DNA from: a virus
Lineage: Duplodnaviria > Caudoviricetes
IMG/VR virus record: IMGVR_UViG_3300032030_000007
Location: 64,001 to 128,000 of that record
Direction: 5' to 3' (one strand)
DNA: 64,000 nt
Shown: positions 21,339 through 34,104 of the stretch, in pieces
How positions within the stretch are numbered: position 1 is the first letter of the stretch
Layout of the letters: every line of letters starts with the position of its first letter
Position numbers and translations under genes: made by a program
Notes under the pieces: generated by a model
Databases searched by the model: none
Seen by the model: only the letters and a program-made list of their open reading frames with translations
Told to the model about the DNA's origin: nothing

Positions 21339-24087
21339 TTATGTATGTCTTAACACTATTTTATCACAATCAATTATCCTATCAACAATGTAATTATCAA
21401 ATTGTGAACCAACGTAAACCATGGGACCTCCTGATGGATCTACAAAATCAATAGTCTTATTATCTTCAGTATATCCTAATCTCATAAAATTAAGAACATA
21501 TTGATGTTTAGCATCTACTTCGAAATGCCAATATCTTTCATCATCATTATGAACTAAAAATAAGTCAGCACCATCTCTATTAAATAATCTTATTCTTTCC
21601 ATATTTATAATTTTTCATTATAATCCTTATATATAACGGTATAATACGTATTAGATAAAGTTATTCCTAATATAACATTTTCTTGGCGAAACCCACAATA
21701 ATCTAATTCATTATTAAGGAATTCTTCTAATTCTTTTTCACCATTACAAATTTTAGTCTTAATTTTCATGATATTTCATTTAATATAGATTCATACGTAT
21801 GTTTACCACGATATTTGTTAAATACTTCCATTAATACATTTATATAAGTATTTTCCTGATTTATTAATTTATTACAGTTATCAGTTCCCCACCCAAATCT
21901 GTCCTCAGAAAAATCTTGAATTCTTGATTTTGCATGATATATCTGTTCTACTAAATAATATAGTAATTCATTGTATTCATTCTTTGTTATTTCAAATGAA
22001 TGAATATTATTTGAAGCTTTTATTTTCTTAAATAGATTATTACAATCTTTGATATTTTCTAAAAGCTCCTGACAATACTTGATTTGACGTTTTTCTTTTT
22101 CTTTATCATAGTTATCATTATTTATATATTCAATTTCATCATTAATCCAATTTATTTTATGCCGTAAATTGTCTTCATGAAATTTAATAGTATCTAACAA
22201 TAATTTGTAACCAGTGTCTGATAAATCTAATTGTATTTTCATAATGTATTTATTTAAAGTATTAAACCATTTTTGTTTTCTTCTTTTTTCTCTGCAAATT
22301 CTTCAAGCTTATATTCTTTTCTATAATCCTTCATAATAGCTCCGCATTTCTTACAAACCACTACATCTAAAGGATACTGTACATCATCACTTCCATTTCC
22401 CATAACTAATCCAGGAATATTCTTTATAATAAATGCAGCTTCAAACGTTTCATTACCGCATTTATCACATTTAATGTTTTCATAATCAATAGGATTAATT
22501 TTTGGTCCTGTTGGCTTCATTGGCTTACCGCCACCTAATATCATTTCTTCTGTCATAATTTAATATTCAATTTATATTTAACTTATATTTTCTTTAATTG
22601 ATTCATCTGGAATATATGTTGTTATACTTCCGTTCCATTTATCAACAGGAACTCTTATCTTCTTATATCCAAATGTTCTATAATAATATCCATCATCATG
22701 AAGTTCAGTCTTATTTGTCCATGTCCAAAACCATTCACATTCAGTTCCATCTATAAGAATTGATTTATGATGATGTTCAAAATCAAAACAATGTACTAAA
22801 TCATTCCAAACAAAAAGATCTTCAATATCATGCATATAATAATTATCTGCTTTTGGCATATCTATTGTAATTCTTTCGAATTCCTTAATCATTTCTTTCT
22901 GTTCCATTTTTTCACCAGAAGCCCAGTATTCAAAATATTTCCAAGCGAAGTCTGCAGACATTGCATCGTTACCATAATACTTTGAAACAATATCTAATAC
23001 TTGTGGACGAAGCCATTCTTCCCACGTTACAGTTTCAAATACATATCCGCATTCATTATCATATAATTTAATATACACATCTCTATATTTAATCAAATCA
23101 CCAATATCTTCAATCTTAAAATCTTCTAAGAACTGACAGAAAATATCAATAGCAGATGTATAAATACGATTAAGAGATGTTAATGGGAAATGAAAGTAAG
23201 GTTTAATAAATGCCATTGAAGATTCAATTTCTCTATTAATATCAAATGCTGTAAATAAAGTACGTTCGTCAGTCATTCTACCTTTACAGTTTTGCCATAT
23301 TCCATTTGCATGCATATGTGAAGCTATAGTATGACGTCCTATGCAATAACGATAAGACATCCACATGCAATCTTCTTCATAATCAGATAATGGATAATTA
23401 TCTTGATATGCTAATCTTAATGAATATTCTGCAATCTGCTTGTGATGTGATAGTGCATCTTTCAATAACTTACCGTTAATTTTTGTTTCACCAGTTTTTG
23501 TATCAATTGTAACTTTCATTTTTTACAAATTTATGTCATTTATAATCATAATACATTTCAATATTACTAAAATCAGATATTTCTACCATAATTTATTTAA
23601 GTAATCTAATCTTCATATAATTCCCATTTATTCGTTTCTATATTATAAAATTCATTGTTTAACATATGTCCTAGCATTTCCATACGAAATGCCCACCATG
23701 CAGCACCTTCATAAAACATTATTGGATGATTATCTTCAGCATTAAAATCATTACACATATCAATAGTGCTAAGCATAACATTAATTATTAACTGTTTAGT
23801 TTCATCATCTAATGAATTAAAATATTCCGCACCTTTTTTCTTTAATTCAATATTGCTCATGATTCTCCAATATTTTCTTTAAAATTACCTAAAATAATAC
23901 AAACTTCTGTAGCTGTTTTTTCACTACTATCTTCACATTCACTATCTCCATGTGACCAGCCCAAATCTAATTCACCTTCATAAGGAAGACTATCTGGCAT
24001 TATGATTTCTATTTCTGCCTCAGGATTAAACTTTAAAAGATCTTTAATTTTCATAATATTCAACAATACTTTATATAATATAGTCAA
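21339..24087 (-). other. Hypothetical genes (21339-21602, 21766-22242, 22254-22556 Zn-ribbon, 22578-23519, 23606-23860, 23857-24087)
   Basis: Tightly packed co-oriented ORFs; CDKC/CKKC pairs in 22254-22556. Confidence 0.65.
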
Positions 24088-24309
24088 ATATTAAATAAAA
24101 TACAAAAGAAGGGTGTTTACCCTTATCTTATAATTTCAGTTTTATATATTGTTGATAATGAATAATGCTCGCCTCTCATGAATTCTTCAGTCTCATATTG
24201 TATATTATCAATCTCTTCTTCAGTCATTCCAATGTACGTTTGTGTAACATCAGAATAATATGGATCTATTGTTGTATATTTTACTATACGTTTCATAAAA
24301 AATGATATA

Positions 24310-25254
24310 TTAATTTAAAAATTTATTACGACAAGTATCATCAGTTATTAATATATTATTTAAATTTTCTATACAAAGTTTTGGTAATTGGTGATCTAAT
24401 TTCTTTAACGTTTTCTTAGATAATGCTCTTAATGTTTTAAATATTTGATTTGCATTTTTCTTTTCACCAGTTATTTCTATATATGCCTTTTCAATTTCTC
24501 CAATATTTTTATTCATTAATGTTCCTTTGAAAAATGCATTAATTTCATTATCTAATTTTTTATAAGCCTTATATACTTGTGAATTTTTTAATACTTTTAA
24601 TGCATCCTTAGGATTTTCAATTTTATCATTATTTTCTTCTAATTCTGCTTTAATTTCTGCAAAGAATGCATTCTTTTCATATCCTAATAATAAGTATAAT
24701 GCTTTCTTTAATAAATGTTCATTAGTATTTGATGAATCCTTTTGTATATTTTGATATAATAATGATTTTGCTGCATTAATATATCCATTATCACCTTTTA
24801 ATAACATTAAATAATTATTATATGCATGTGTTAGCTCATGCATTAATATCTCTTTTACTTTATTAAGGTGATTTTCATATTGATATATGTTTATGACAAC
24901 TTCATCAAATAAAAAATGATCATTTAAAGAATCATTATCAATATATTCACCACCACTATCATCAGATGAATCAATATCAACTATAAGTTTATCAAAAAAT
25001 ATATTCTTAAATGATGTTAAATCATTACTATCGAATGAATATTGATTATCCATCCCTTCCTTTTTTATTTTTTCATATATATATTTTGATAATTCTTCAC
25101 ACCCATCATATATACCATATTTTTCAAGAATAACGCGTCTTCTTGAATATAAATTATTTTCTTTATATTCAATTGCCAAATGTTGAAGCATACTATAGTC
25201 TATATAATCTTCAACAATACTTGTATCATTTATAAAATCAGAAATTAATTTCAC
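24310..25254 (-). CDS. Zincin-like metalloprotease-domain protein with capsid-targeting-like N-terminus
   Basis: ILMHELTHAY (HExxH), downstream E.NAF; N-terminus MKLISDFIND. Confidence 0.6.
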   Translation of the reverse strand: MKLISDFINDTSIVEDYIDYSMLQHLAIEYKENNLYSRRRVILEKYGIYDGCEELSKYIYEKIKKEGMDNQYSFDSNDLTSFKNIFFDKLIVDIDSSDDSGGEYIDNDSLNDHFLFDEVVINIYQYENHLNKVKEILMHELTHAYNNYLMLLKGDNGYINAAKSLLYQNIQKDSSNTNEHLLKKALYLLLGYEKNAFFAEIKAELEENNDKIENPKDALKVLKNSQVYKAYKKLDNEINAFFKGTLMNKNIGEIEKAYIEITGEKKNANQIFKTLRALSKKTLKKLDHQLPKLCIENLNNILITDDTCRNKFLN

Positions 25255-25565
25255 TTCTGTCTTACTTGAACATTAATATTCTTTTTTGCTTCAGATATAC
25301 GTTTATTTGCTTCATCCTGAATTGATAATGCATTATTAAGACCGTTTACTTTTTCTTCATAAACTGTAATCTTTGTGTTAAGCACAGTTATAGAATCATT
25401 TAATACTTTAATAGTAGAATCCATCTTCTGTACATATTCAGTATGATTCTTTTCAGATTCTTCAAATTTAGTTGAATTTGTACAAGATGATGTACATTTA
25501 GACATTCCAAACAATAGCAAAAGTACGATAACAATTATCTTCCAATTTTTCTTTAAAAATTCCAT
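25251..25565 (-). CDS. Membrane-anchored coiled-coil protein (spanin-like architecture)
   Basis: N-terminal hydrophobic helix, Cys residues, heptad-rich remainder. Confidence 0.4.
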   Translation of the reverse strand: MEFLKKNWKIIVIVLLLLFGMSKCTSSCTNSTKFEESEKNHTEYVQKMDSTIKVLNDSITVLNTKITVYEEKVNGLNNALSIQDEANKRISEAKKNINVQVRQK

Positions 25566-25610
25566 ACTTATTATATCTTTTTATATTATAATAATATAGT
25601 TAAGTCTTAT

Positions 25611-27568
25611 TTAATTTTCTACATATTCTTTAATTAGATTCTGTAACTTTGTAAAATAATATCTATCTACTGGAAATGCAAATCTTCCACCAGGATTACA
25701 CCAGAATCTTTTAATCTTACATTTTACTTTTCCATATTTATTATAACCGTAAGTACCAACTATACATACATATGCCCAATGGTCTGCTTTCTTGCAATCA
25801 TATCTAAGTTCAATATTCCATTCAAATCCAGGTTCCTTTTTAACATTTTCTAATACGTCAGATTTAAACATTGGAAGAAACTCTGTTATATAATCTTCAC
25901 AAAGTCCAAGATCTAAATCTGAATACTTATCGAAAATTTTATTCTCTTCAGGATAATCTGGAATCTGAACATCAATTATTTCAAGAATAAACTGCTCATA
26001 TCCAATATCACGAATAGTCCATTGTTCAGAATCTTTAGGAACAATAATATGCTTCTTAATTTTTTCAAGCATCTTATTTATAGAACGTCCTTTATAATCA
26101 AACCATCGGGAACAAAATGAATTTGAATGATATCCACCAACAAATACATTTATTTTATTGTATTTATCAAACTTAACTTCAAAATCTTCAATACGTTCAC
26201 AATAACTATCATCAACGTATTTTACACGAATATAATTTCTATATTTATTTTCTTCCATAATTACACCATTGTTCTACATCATTTATTAATAAAGGATGTT
26301 TACTAAGAAGCCATAAAATATTTTCCTCTATATTTTTCAAAATTCATTATCATACATATAAGAAGATCATTACAATAAATAGTTCCATCATTTATTTTAT
26401 TTTGTAGTAACTATTTAATATTCATAATTACAACAAATTTAATTTATATTAAATATCTTTTTCTTTTTACCACATTTATTGCAAATATATTCTGTATAAT
26501 GCTCTTGCCATGAATTATAGCAACCATCTCCACTAAAATCAGATTCTGTATGAGTAATAACACCAGTACAAGAATACTTATAATTATGCTTACAAAAAAG
26601 ACGTTTTAAAATATTCATAATCACAACATTTTAAAGTTCTTTCATATATAAATCATTAATGAATTTTTTCTATATTATTTTTAAGCCATTCTATAGTCTT
26701 AATTGCTATTTCTTTACGGCCATCTTTATCACGTCTACTATATGTAGGCGTATCACAATATTCATTATGACTAGACATATATGAAAGAGTCATATAATAT
26801 AATGTATTCTTTGCAATAGAATCTATATCGTTATCATTAATATCATTTATAGATGCTGCAAGCCAATTACATGCATCTGTTGCAAGATCCTTCATCTCAG
26901 GAATATCAACAAAACTAAAGTCATCTAAATCATGAATGAAATTCCACTTTTCTGGTTTCTCAAAACGAAGATAATCATAAATAGTATAAAACAAATCTTC
27001 GTTACAATTAAAAAGCTCAGCAATATAATGCATATTTAAACTAATTTAAGTACTTTACAAATATTGAATAATTCTTCCTTACTTACATATTCAGGAGATA
27101 CCCAAATTTTTCCAACTTCAACTCGTTTACGTGGCTTACACTGACCATCATAAACATAATCAACAGCATCTACGCAAAACTTAATTGTATTAGGAGCTTC
27201 CATGTAACACCCAATAATCATTCCTTTTCGTGTATTTGATTTATTTGAATGAAAGTATTCAACATCTGTACAAGAACTACCGCTACGATATCCATTGCAT
27301 AAATGTGATTTGCAATAATTAATTATCAAATTCAAATATTCTTGTTTACTCATACTTCAACCTCCTTCATTTCAATTCCATAAATCTTATAGTTACCAGC
27401 TTTGCCACCCCATCTTGTATCTTTATCAAATATTCGTTTCATGGCATTTGTAGCACCTACTATTCCTTTAAAAACTTTAGCATAATAAATATCTGGTGTC
27501 CAAACAAAATATGTATCACCCTGACGGAGATATTCTCCAGAATCCAAATCTTTAATAATATACTTCAT
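25611..27568 (-). other. Hypothetical genes (25611-26258, 26439-26624, 26656-27033, 27036-27353, 27350-27568)
   Basis: Co-oriented ORFs downstream of promoter copy 4. Confidence 0.65.
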
Positions 27569-27612
27569 AATTTTGAATTTTTTAAATTATTCCTATATTC
27601 ATTTATATATTA

Positions 27613-27641
27613 AATATAGTATATAACTTAAAAAATTCAAA
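27613..27641 (-). promoter_or_regulatory. Conserved promoter (copy 4)
   Basis: TTTGAA-N15-ACTATATT. Confidence 0.8.
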
Positions 27642-27689
27642 TATTATTTATATTTTGATAAATATATTCAATAATATTTATATTTTCAA

Positions 27690-29441
27690 TTAATCTACAT
27701 TATTTTCTTCATCATATTCAAGTTTTCTATTAATAAACATATTATAAGAACAGCCTGGATATAGTTCCTGTCCAAGCGAATGATAATCAGATGGACCACT
27801 TGGCATCAATTTTTCAAATTCGTCAACCCATTCATTAAATGACCCCTGTCCATATTTCTCTTCATAATCATAAATTGAATCTTCATCCACGTATCTATCA
27901 ATATCGTCTGATTCATATACTTCATATGGGGCATCATATGATTTATGCACAGAATAATAAATAATCTTTTCCAATCCTGGTGCTGCGTCAAATAGTTTCT
28001 TACAATGATCTAAGAATTCTTTATCATCATTCTTATTTTTATTAGATTTCTTTGTTTTCTTTGCAATATTCAACTTATGCTTAGGATCAATTTTCTTCAT
28101 AAGCGTTGATGCAGTTTTTTCAAATGCCTTATAAATATTATCTACAATGTCAGGATCGTCTTTCAATATACCAACATCAATATCATTTACACCAGGATAT
28201 TTCTCATGAATATCATTATAAATTTCTTTTGACTTTTTAAGATATTCATTCTTTGCTGCTTCAAGTTTATCATAAATATCATTATAAATATCTACAAGTT
28301 TATTTTCAAATTCTTGAGCCATTAACTTATAGTTTACATGATAAGCAGTCTTAGCATATTTAACTGTATCTTTATATCCATCAATAGCTTTATACATTTC
28401 ACGAGTCTTATTAAGATCTTTAACATAACCTATGAAATTTTCAGTCATTGTGTATCCTTTCTTACCATATAAAAGACATATATGATAACAGTTATAATAA
28501 GGATATGATGTTATAGAATATTTATCATCCCAATCCTTTGTTATATGTAAACATTTACATTTATCAACATATTCTTCAATAAATGTTTCTTTACTTTCTG
28601 AAAGTCGCATCATACCAATTACATCATCCAATGTAACGTTTTGATTTTCAACATATAATGCAACCCATACATCATAAATTTCCTCAGGCTTCAAATGAAC
28701 AGACTTGCATTTTTTAATGAATTCCTTATTATCAAGTATATCATTATTTTCATAATATGCCTTTGGCGCATATTCGTTTACTTTCTTTGCAAACTTTTCA
28801 AGTTTATCAGCAAATTCATTAAGCGTATGCTTGTTCTTATGAGGTGAACTTATAATAGGTTTTCCATTAAACCCAATAGAATAAAACTTATCAATAAATT
28901 CGTATTGATCTAACCATTTATTATGGTAATCACCAGATTCACTTAACTGATAATGAACAGCCAAATCTGAATTATTAACTACATCAGGTCCATCAATATA
29001 TACTCTGCATTTATTATTCTCAGTATCTTCACATGTTATTTTTTCAAGTTCAAAAGAATACTGACGATCAATATAATAATCAAATCCCATAATCTTCTTC
29101 CCGTTTTCGTATTTCTTCTTTACATCTGTATATGTAAAACGACCGGAAAGTGTATAAACTAAGCATTCTCCATATTTTGATACTTTTGCAACCGCAAATT
29201 TAAGTGTATCATAATACTTTGTCTTAATTTTTTCAAGAGGAGATGAGTCTTTATCTCTATATGTTGACATACATGGAATGATTCGCCAACCACATCCTTC
29301 AGGAAACTCTACACCAAAACAATCTTTAATGTCTGTAAACCAATATTCTTTCTTATAATATCCTTTTGGATCTCTATAATTCTCTGTAAGCCAATCTCCC
29401 ATTTCGCAAATTGGCATATTAAATAATTCGTCTATTGTCAT
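27690..29441 (-). CDS. Hypothetical protein, 583 aa
   Basis: Long uninterrupted ORF; no motif recognised. Confidence 0.75.
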   Translation of the reverse strand: MTIDELFNMPICEMGDWLTENYRDPKGYYKKEYWFTDIKDCFGVEFPEGCGWRIIPCMSTYRDKDSSPLEKIKTKYYDTLKFAVAKVSKYGECLVYTLSGRFTYTDVKKKYENGKKIMGFDYYIDRQYSFELEKITCEDTENNKCRVYIDGPDVVNNSDLAVHYQLSESGDYHNKWLDQYEFIDKFYSIGFNGKPIISSPHKNKHTLNEFADKLEKFAKKVNEYAPKAYYENNDILDNKEFIKKCKSVHLKPEEIYDVWVALYVENQNVTLDDVIGMMRLSESKETFIEEYVDKCKCLHITKDWDDKYSITSYPYYNCYHICLLYGKKGYTMTENFIGYVKDLNKTREMYKAIDGYKDTVKYAKTAYHVNYKLMAQEFENKLVDIYNDIYDKLEAAKNEYLKKSKEIYNDIHEKYPGVNDIDVGILKDDPDIVDNIYKAFEKTASTLMKKIDPKHKLNIAKKTKKSNKNKNDDKEFLDHCKKLFDAAPGLEKIIYYSVHKSYDAPYEVYESDDIDRYVDEDSIYDYEEKYGQGSFNEWVDEFEKLMPSGPSDYHSLGQELYPGCSYNMFINRKLEYDEENNVD

Positions 29442-29452
29442 ATTATATAAGT

Positions 29453-30767
29453 TTAAATGTCTGAAGTATGAATATTATCGTATTTATAAGTAATATCGAA
29501 AGCAGTTGTACAATTCATATATGGAAACACATAAAGAATATCTTTCCATGTATCTTCCCCATAATGCTTAACGCAGAATTTCAAATCATTATCAAGACAT
29601 GCATAAGGATGATGATCTTTACCCATTTTAACACATTCAAACAACTTAATAGGCATAATGCCACCATCTTTAATTGTACGAATTAATTGTTTAATTTGTT
29701 GTGCAATACTATTAAGAATATGTGTTGTATCAATATCTGATAATCCAAATTCCTTACTTCCAAAAGGACTCATCATAGCATCAAGCAATACATTTGCTTG
29801 ACCAATTCCACCACCAAGATACAAATTATTTTTTATATCTTTAATGCGGTCTTCGTAACTTTTATTATTTAAATCTTCCATTTAATCTTCGTTTTTAATT
29901 TCTTCAATATCTGACTTAGGAATTTCAAATTGCAATTGTAATGTTCTTTTAATTGGCCACCAATTTTTACCTTCACCAGGATAATTCCAATAATGATAAT
30001 TTGATGGTTTATTTACATAAGTTTTACCAATGTATGCACGATTAATCACATTTGCATATCCAATAACAGGAGAAGTACAATAACAAGTCACCAAACAATT
30101 ATCATATTCATCCCCATATTCTGCTAATATATCTTTAAGTTCTTTTACTGTCATATTAATTTAAATTCTTTACATTCACCTATTTTAACATCAGGAAAAT
30201 CTGTAGGTACAAGTGTTACCATAAAACCATCATTATGTTTTAACCATACTTTTAATTCATCATCCCAAATAGGAGGCATTCTATAGCAAAGACACAATCT
30301 GCTATTAAAATAATCACTATTTGTTGCTTCCCTACAAACCCAGATTTTAGTAAAATCTCTTTCCATTAAATATTTAAAATAACAAATCTTCAATATAATC
30401 AGGTTCTAAACCAAGATATTCCATAAGAATATTGTCTGCTTCAAATGGATCTTCAAGTGAAATAATCTCATCTCTAGTCTCATTAAATAGGACACGTGCT
30501 TCCTGTTCAGTCATTCCATCACGTTCCATTAAAATCTTAATAATTCTATTCATATCTAATAATTTAATGTATCATAGTTAAAATTTATCCAATATCTCTT
30601 GATTCATAACCACAATTATTGCATATGTATAAATCACAAAACATACCACATTTGATATAAACATTATCTGATTTACATCTTGGGCATATCACCTTATCGT
30701 TTTCTTTATCATATATCATTTTCATATTTATAATATAGTTTGTTTTTCTTATTATTTCATTAATCAT
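29453..30767 (-). other. Small hypothetical genes (29453-29881, 29882-30154, 30151-30366, 30374-30553, 30585-30725 Zn-ribbon)
   Basis: Abutting ORFs; 30374-30553 (59 aa, MNRIIKILMERDG...) read manually; CPRC/CNNC in the last. Confidence 0.6.
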
Positions 30768-30816
30768 AATTTTATTTTTTATTATTAATTATTAAAGATA
30801 TATAATAATTGTTAAT

Positions 30817-31560
30817 ATGAAATCATTAAATAATTACATTTTAGAATCTAAAGAAACTGTTCAACTTAAAGAATCTGGACAGATTGTTTCTTTAGAAGGA
30901 ATTGATGAAGAATTTGCATCAAAAATAAACAACCTTAATGAAGCGCCAATTTATGAATGCTGTGGTTGTGGATGCTGTTGTGGTCCTGAGCCATGTGATA
31001 AATGCTGTGACACTGGTAAGTCATTCGTATTTACATCAGAATATCAAGTTGTTGATAGATTATCATATGTACCTGTTGTAGATGATTTATATCAAATTCA
31101 TTGGCAGTTTGGAAATAAGTTTATGTTCCACCCAGAAAATGAATCTGAAATAAAAGAACCTTTATATTTCAATGGTTCTGTAGAATATTCTATACCAAGA
31201 ATACCTAAGAATTCTCCAGGAATTGTTCAACCTACTGAAAATGCTATAGTTCCATTTAATAAGTCTAAAAAATTATATGACTTTGTTAAAGATCTTTGCA
31301 CAGCATATGATATGAATTATCCTGTTGTTTTAGAACATTGCGGTAAAGTACAATTATTCTTTATTAAGTCAACTGGAGATAATAAGATTGAAGGATCAAT
31401 TAAAGATTCATTAACAGAAGTTGCTAAAGTATTAGGCAAGCTTGATGATAAATCAGAAATAACATGGTCACAAGTATTAAATGTATCTATTGATAATTTA
31501 GATGATTTATATTATTTCTTAATTACTTGTACTGTTGATATGTCAAAATTTAATAAGTAA
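30817..31560 (+). CDS. Putative capsid-targeted protein with a Cys-rich segment
   Basis: N-terminus MKSLNNYILE-S; CCGCGCCCGPEPCDKCC. Confidence 0.6.
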   Translation: MKSLNNYILESKETVQLKESGQIVSLEGIDEEFASKINNLNEAPIYECCGCGCCCGPEPCDKCCDTGKSFVFTSEYQVVDRLSYVPVVDDLYQIHWQFGNKFMFHPENESEIKEPLYFNGSVEYSIPRIPKNSPGIVQPTENAIVPFNKSKKLYDFVKDLCTAYDMNYPVVLEHCGKVQLFFIKSTGDNKIEGSIKDSLTEVAKVLGKLDDKSEITWSQVLNVSIDNLDDLYYFLITCTVDMSKFNK

Positions 31561-32168
31561 TGAAACAATTAATTACATATATAAAAGAAAATCTAAAACC
31601 TGATATACAAAAGTTTGTTCAAAATGTTTATAATGCTGAATTAAAATTAATTCAGAATAATAAAATAGAACCTATAGAATTTGATGTTACAAAACTTAGT
31701 AAGCCAAAATCAGAATTCTTATATGATAATTATTATAATGACAAACAATTCAAAATGATAATTGATAATAAGATTTTTGGTTTTGTTGTAATAAGTCAGA
31801 TGCTAAAACAGGTTAAGCAATATCTTATTGATGGAGATAAAGAACTTAAACCATCTGCATATCCATATTGGTATCAAGGCGATAAAGGAGTGTATTGCAT
31901 AGGAATGTGTCTTTTTGATAAGAATATTGTTTATAAAGAAAACTACTTAACATTATGCGCAATTGAATCTGCATTATTCGTAAAGAATTCCCAGGATTTA
32001 AATAAAGCTATATTAAATGACTTTATAAAAGAAGTACCTAAGATGGGTCAATATGAAGGTATAGCTATTAAACCATTGCATCCCAAGATGAAAGCACAGA
32101 TAATGAAAATTGGGTTTAGAACAGATACAGAATCAGAAAATAAAGATATATTAATTTATAAATTATGA
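31560..32168 (+). CDS. Putative capsid-targeted protein, possible degenerate GNAT fold
   Basis: N-terminus MKQLITYIKE-N; C-terminal ...MKIGF resembles the GNAT Y.K.GF motif. Confidence 0.45.
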   Translation: MKQLITYIKENLKPDIQKFVQNVYNAELKLIQNNKIEPIEFDVTKLSKPKSEFLYDNYYNDKQFKMIIDNKIFGFVVISQMLKQVKQYLIDGDKELKPSAYPYWYQGDKGVYCIGMCLFDKNIVYKENYLTLCAIESALFVKNSQDLNKAILNDFIKEVPKMGQYEGIAIKPLHPKMKAQIMKIGFRTDTESENKDILIYKL

Positions 32169-32977
32169 AACACATAAAAGAATACATTAATGAAGAACTT
32201 CAACTTAATGAAGGTTTATTATTGATGGCACTATGCGGTGCTGCAGCTTTGCATTTTAGTATAAAAGGAATGAAAGCTATTCGTAAACACGCAGGTAATT
32301 TCTGGGGATGGGCTCTTGGAGAACGTGACCTTAATGTAGGAACAACTGCGGCTGAATCATTAGATGATAGACAAAATATCATTAATGAAGATGAAGAAGG
32401 TAAAATAAATAAAGATAATATCCAACCCATGCAAGTACCTGATGAAAAGGTATTAGGTCAATTAATGGATACTTTAAAATCAGATGCTAAAAAGAAACAA
32501 GGTTTTTATGTATTTGATAATTTATTCAATGAAACACCAGAACTTAAAAAATTAAATAAAGCTCCTTATTTTGCAAATTATGTAGTATTCATGGACCCGG
32601 GTTCAGATGAAAAGAAAGATGAAAAACCAAATTTCTATGGTATGCTTGGTTTCTCTCTTAAATATTGGAAAGTTATCGCAAAGAAAGGAAAGACTGATGA
32701 AATTAAAGCAGCAGGAGCAAAACTATCAAATTACATTAATATCTTTGCAGTTCAAACTGATGCTAAATATGCAAAACAAGGTTTATTTGATGTATATCTT
32801 GAAAAAATGAAGAAAGCTGTTAAAGAAGCTCACATGGATGGATTAACAATTAAATATGCTAATGATGATATTGCTAAAGTATTTGAAAAATACGGATTTA
32901 AGAAAGTTGAAGGCATTGATGGATATATGGTAATGAGCCTAAAGAAAGAAGATGATAAAGGAGATTCAATATTATAA
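32165..32977 (+). CDS. Putative capsid-targeted GNAT-family acetyltransferase-like protein
   Basis: N-terminus MKHIKEYINE; IFAVQTDAKYAKQGLF (motif A-like) and VFEKYGF. Confidence 0.55.
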   Translation: MKHIKEYINEELQLNEGLLLMALCGAAALHFSIKGMKAIRKHAGNFWGWALGERDLNVGTTAAESLDDRQNIINEDEEGKINKDNIQPMQVPDEKVLGQLMDTLKSDAKKKQGFYVFDNLFNETPELKKLNKAPYFANYVVFMDPGSDEKKDEKPNFYGMLGFSLKYWKVIAKKGKTDEIKAAGAKLSNYINIFAVQTDAKYAKQGLFDVYLEKMKKAVKEAHMDGLTIKYANDDIAKVFEKYGFKKVEGIDGYMVMSLKKEDDKGDSIL

Positions 32978-33843
32978 TGAAATCACTTAAAAACTATATA
33001 TACGAAAGTAAAATTAACGAAGAACTTGATGATAATTTATTTTGGCTTTTAGATAAATGGTTTGAAAGAAACGAAAATCAAAAGTCAGAATTTATTGGCA
33101 TCACTGTTCAATGTCGCCAAGAAGGAGATAAAGTAAATATTGATAATCTTAAGAAACTATTACATAATACTGAATTGAAAAAAGATTTGAAAGAATTCAT
33201 TAATTTCTTAAGTAATGATTTAGAACCTCAGAATAATAAAGATTATTTATATGAATTAAAACAGGTTATAGAAGTTGTTATTGGTAAAAAAGAAAAGAAT
33301 AAATATTTAGATGAAAGTCAAATATCAGAAAAACTAATCATAAATAAGAATACCAAAATAGATAAGTATCATTATCATCCTAAAGATAAAGATGAATTAC
33401 ATAGTTTAGTTAATAAATTAATAAAAGAACGTGGTGATAACGCAGATCTTAATGATATAGATACATCAAAAATAGATAATATGTCAGGTATATTTCTTAA
33501 TTCTGATTTTAACGGTGATATATCTGAATGGGATGTAAGTAATGTTAAAAATATGTTACTTATGTTTAATAGTTCTAAATTTGATGGAGATTTAAGTAAA
33601 TGGGATGTAAGTAATGTTACAAATATGGCGTCAATGTTTGCTGAATCTAAATTTACTGGTAAAAATGGAGATATATCTAATTGGGATGTAAGTAAAGTTA
33701 AAGCTACGAATAATATGTTTAAATCAACCAATTTTAATCAAGATTTATCAAAATGGGATGTACACAGTTTATTAACTATGGGTTTTATGTTTAAAGATTG
33801 CCCTATAGAAAAAAATCCGCCTAAATGGTATAAAAGTAAATAA
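32977..33843 (+). CDS. BspA/DUF285 repeat protein with capsid-targeting-like N-terminus
   Basis: 4-5 repeats of F.GD[IL]S.WDVS.V.NM..MF; N-terminus MKSLKNYIYE-S. Confidence 0.85.
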   Translation: MKSLKNYIYESKINEELDDNLFWLLDKWFERNENQKSEFIGITVQCRQEGDKVNIDNLKKLLHNTELKKDLKEFINFLSNDLEPQNNKDYLYELKQVIEVVIGKKEKNKYLDESQISEKLIINKNTKIDKYHYHPKDKDELHSLVNKLIKERGDNADLNDIDTSKIDNMSGIFLNSDFNGDISEWDVSNVKNMLLMFNSSKFDGDLSKWDVSNVTNMASMFAESKFTGKNGDISNWDVSKVKATNNMFKSTNFNQDLSKWDVHSLLTMGFMFKDCPIEKNPPKWYKSK

Positions 33844-33845
33844 TT

Positions 33846-34070
33846 ATGAAAAATTTAAAAACTTATATATTAGAATCTAAAAAGAAATATGATAAGTATA
33901 AAGTTTATTTTAATGGTAAGCTTGATAATACGTTTTCTGAAAATTCAAAAAAATGGAAACATGATCCTAAAGTAGGTCAAGGTTGGTATTGTGGAGGAAC
34001 AGTTTTCAAAATCGTAAAAATTGTAGATGATAAAGTTTATACTGAAGAAGATAAAAATTGCCACCCATAA
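33846..34070 (+). CDS. Small putative internal-head protein
   Basis: N-terminus MKNLKTYILE-S; basic, 74 aa. Confidence 0.55.
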   Translation: MKNLKTYILESKKKYDKYKVYFNGKLDNTFSENSKKWKHDPKVGQGWYCGGTVFKIVKIVDDKVYTEEDKNCHP

Positions 34071-34076
34071 AATATA

Positions 34077-34102
34077 AAAGGCAGTACATATGTACTGCCT
34101 TT
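34077..34102. terminator. Bidirectional terminator (perfect 26-bp palindrome)
   Basis: aaaggcagtacatatgtactgccttt between convergent operons. Confidence 0.85.
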
Positions 34103-34104
34103 AT

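Noticed and set aside
33500-33780. Repeated tgggatgtaagt units
   Set aside because: They encode DUF285 WDVS repeats; not a CRISPR array or a DGR TR/VR pair, and no reverse transcriptase is in the window
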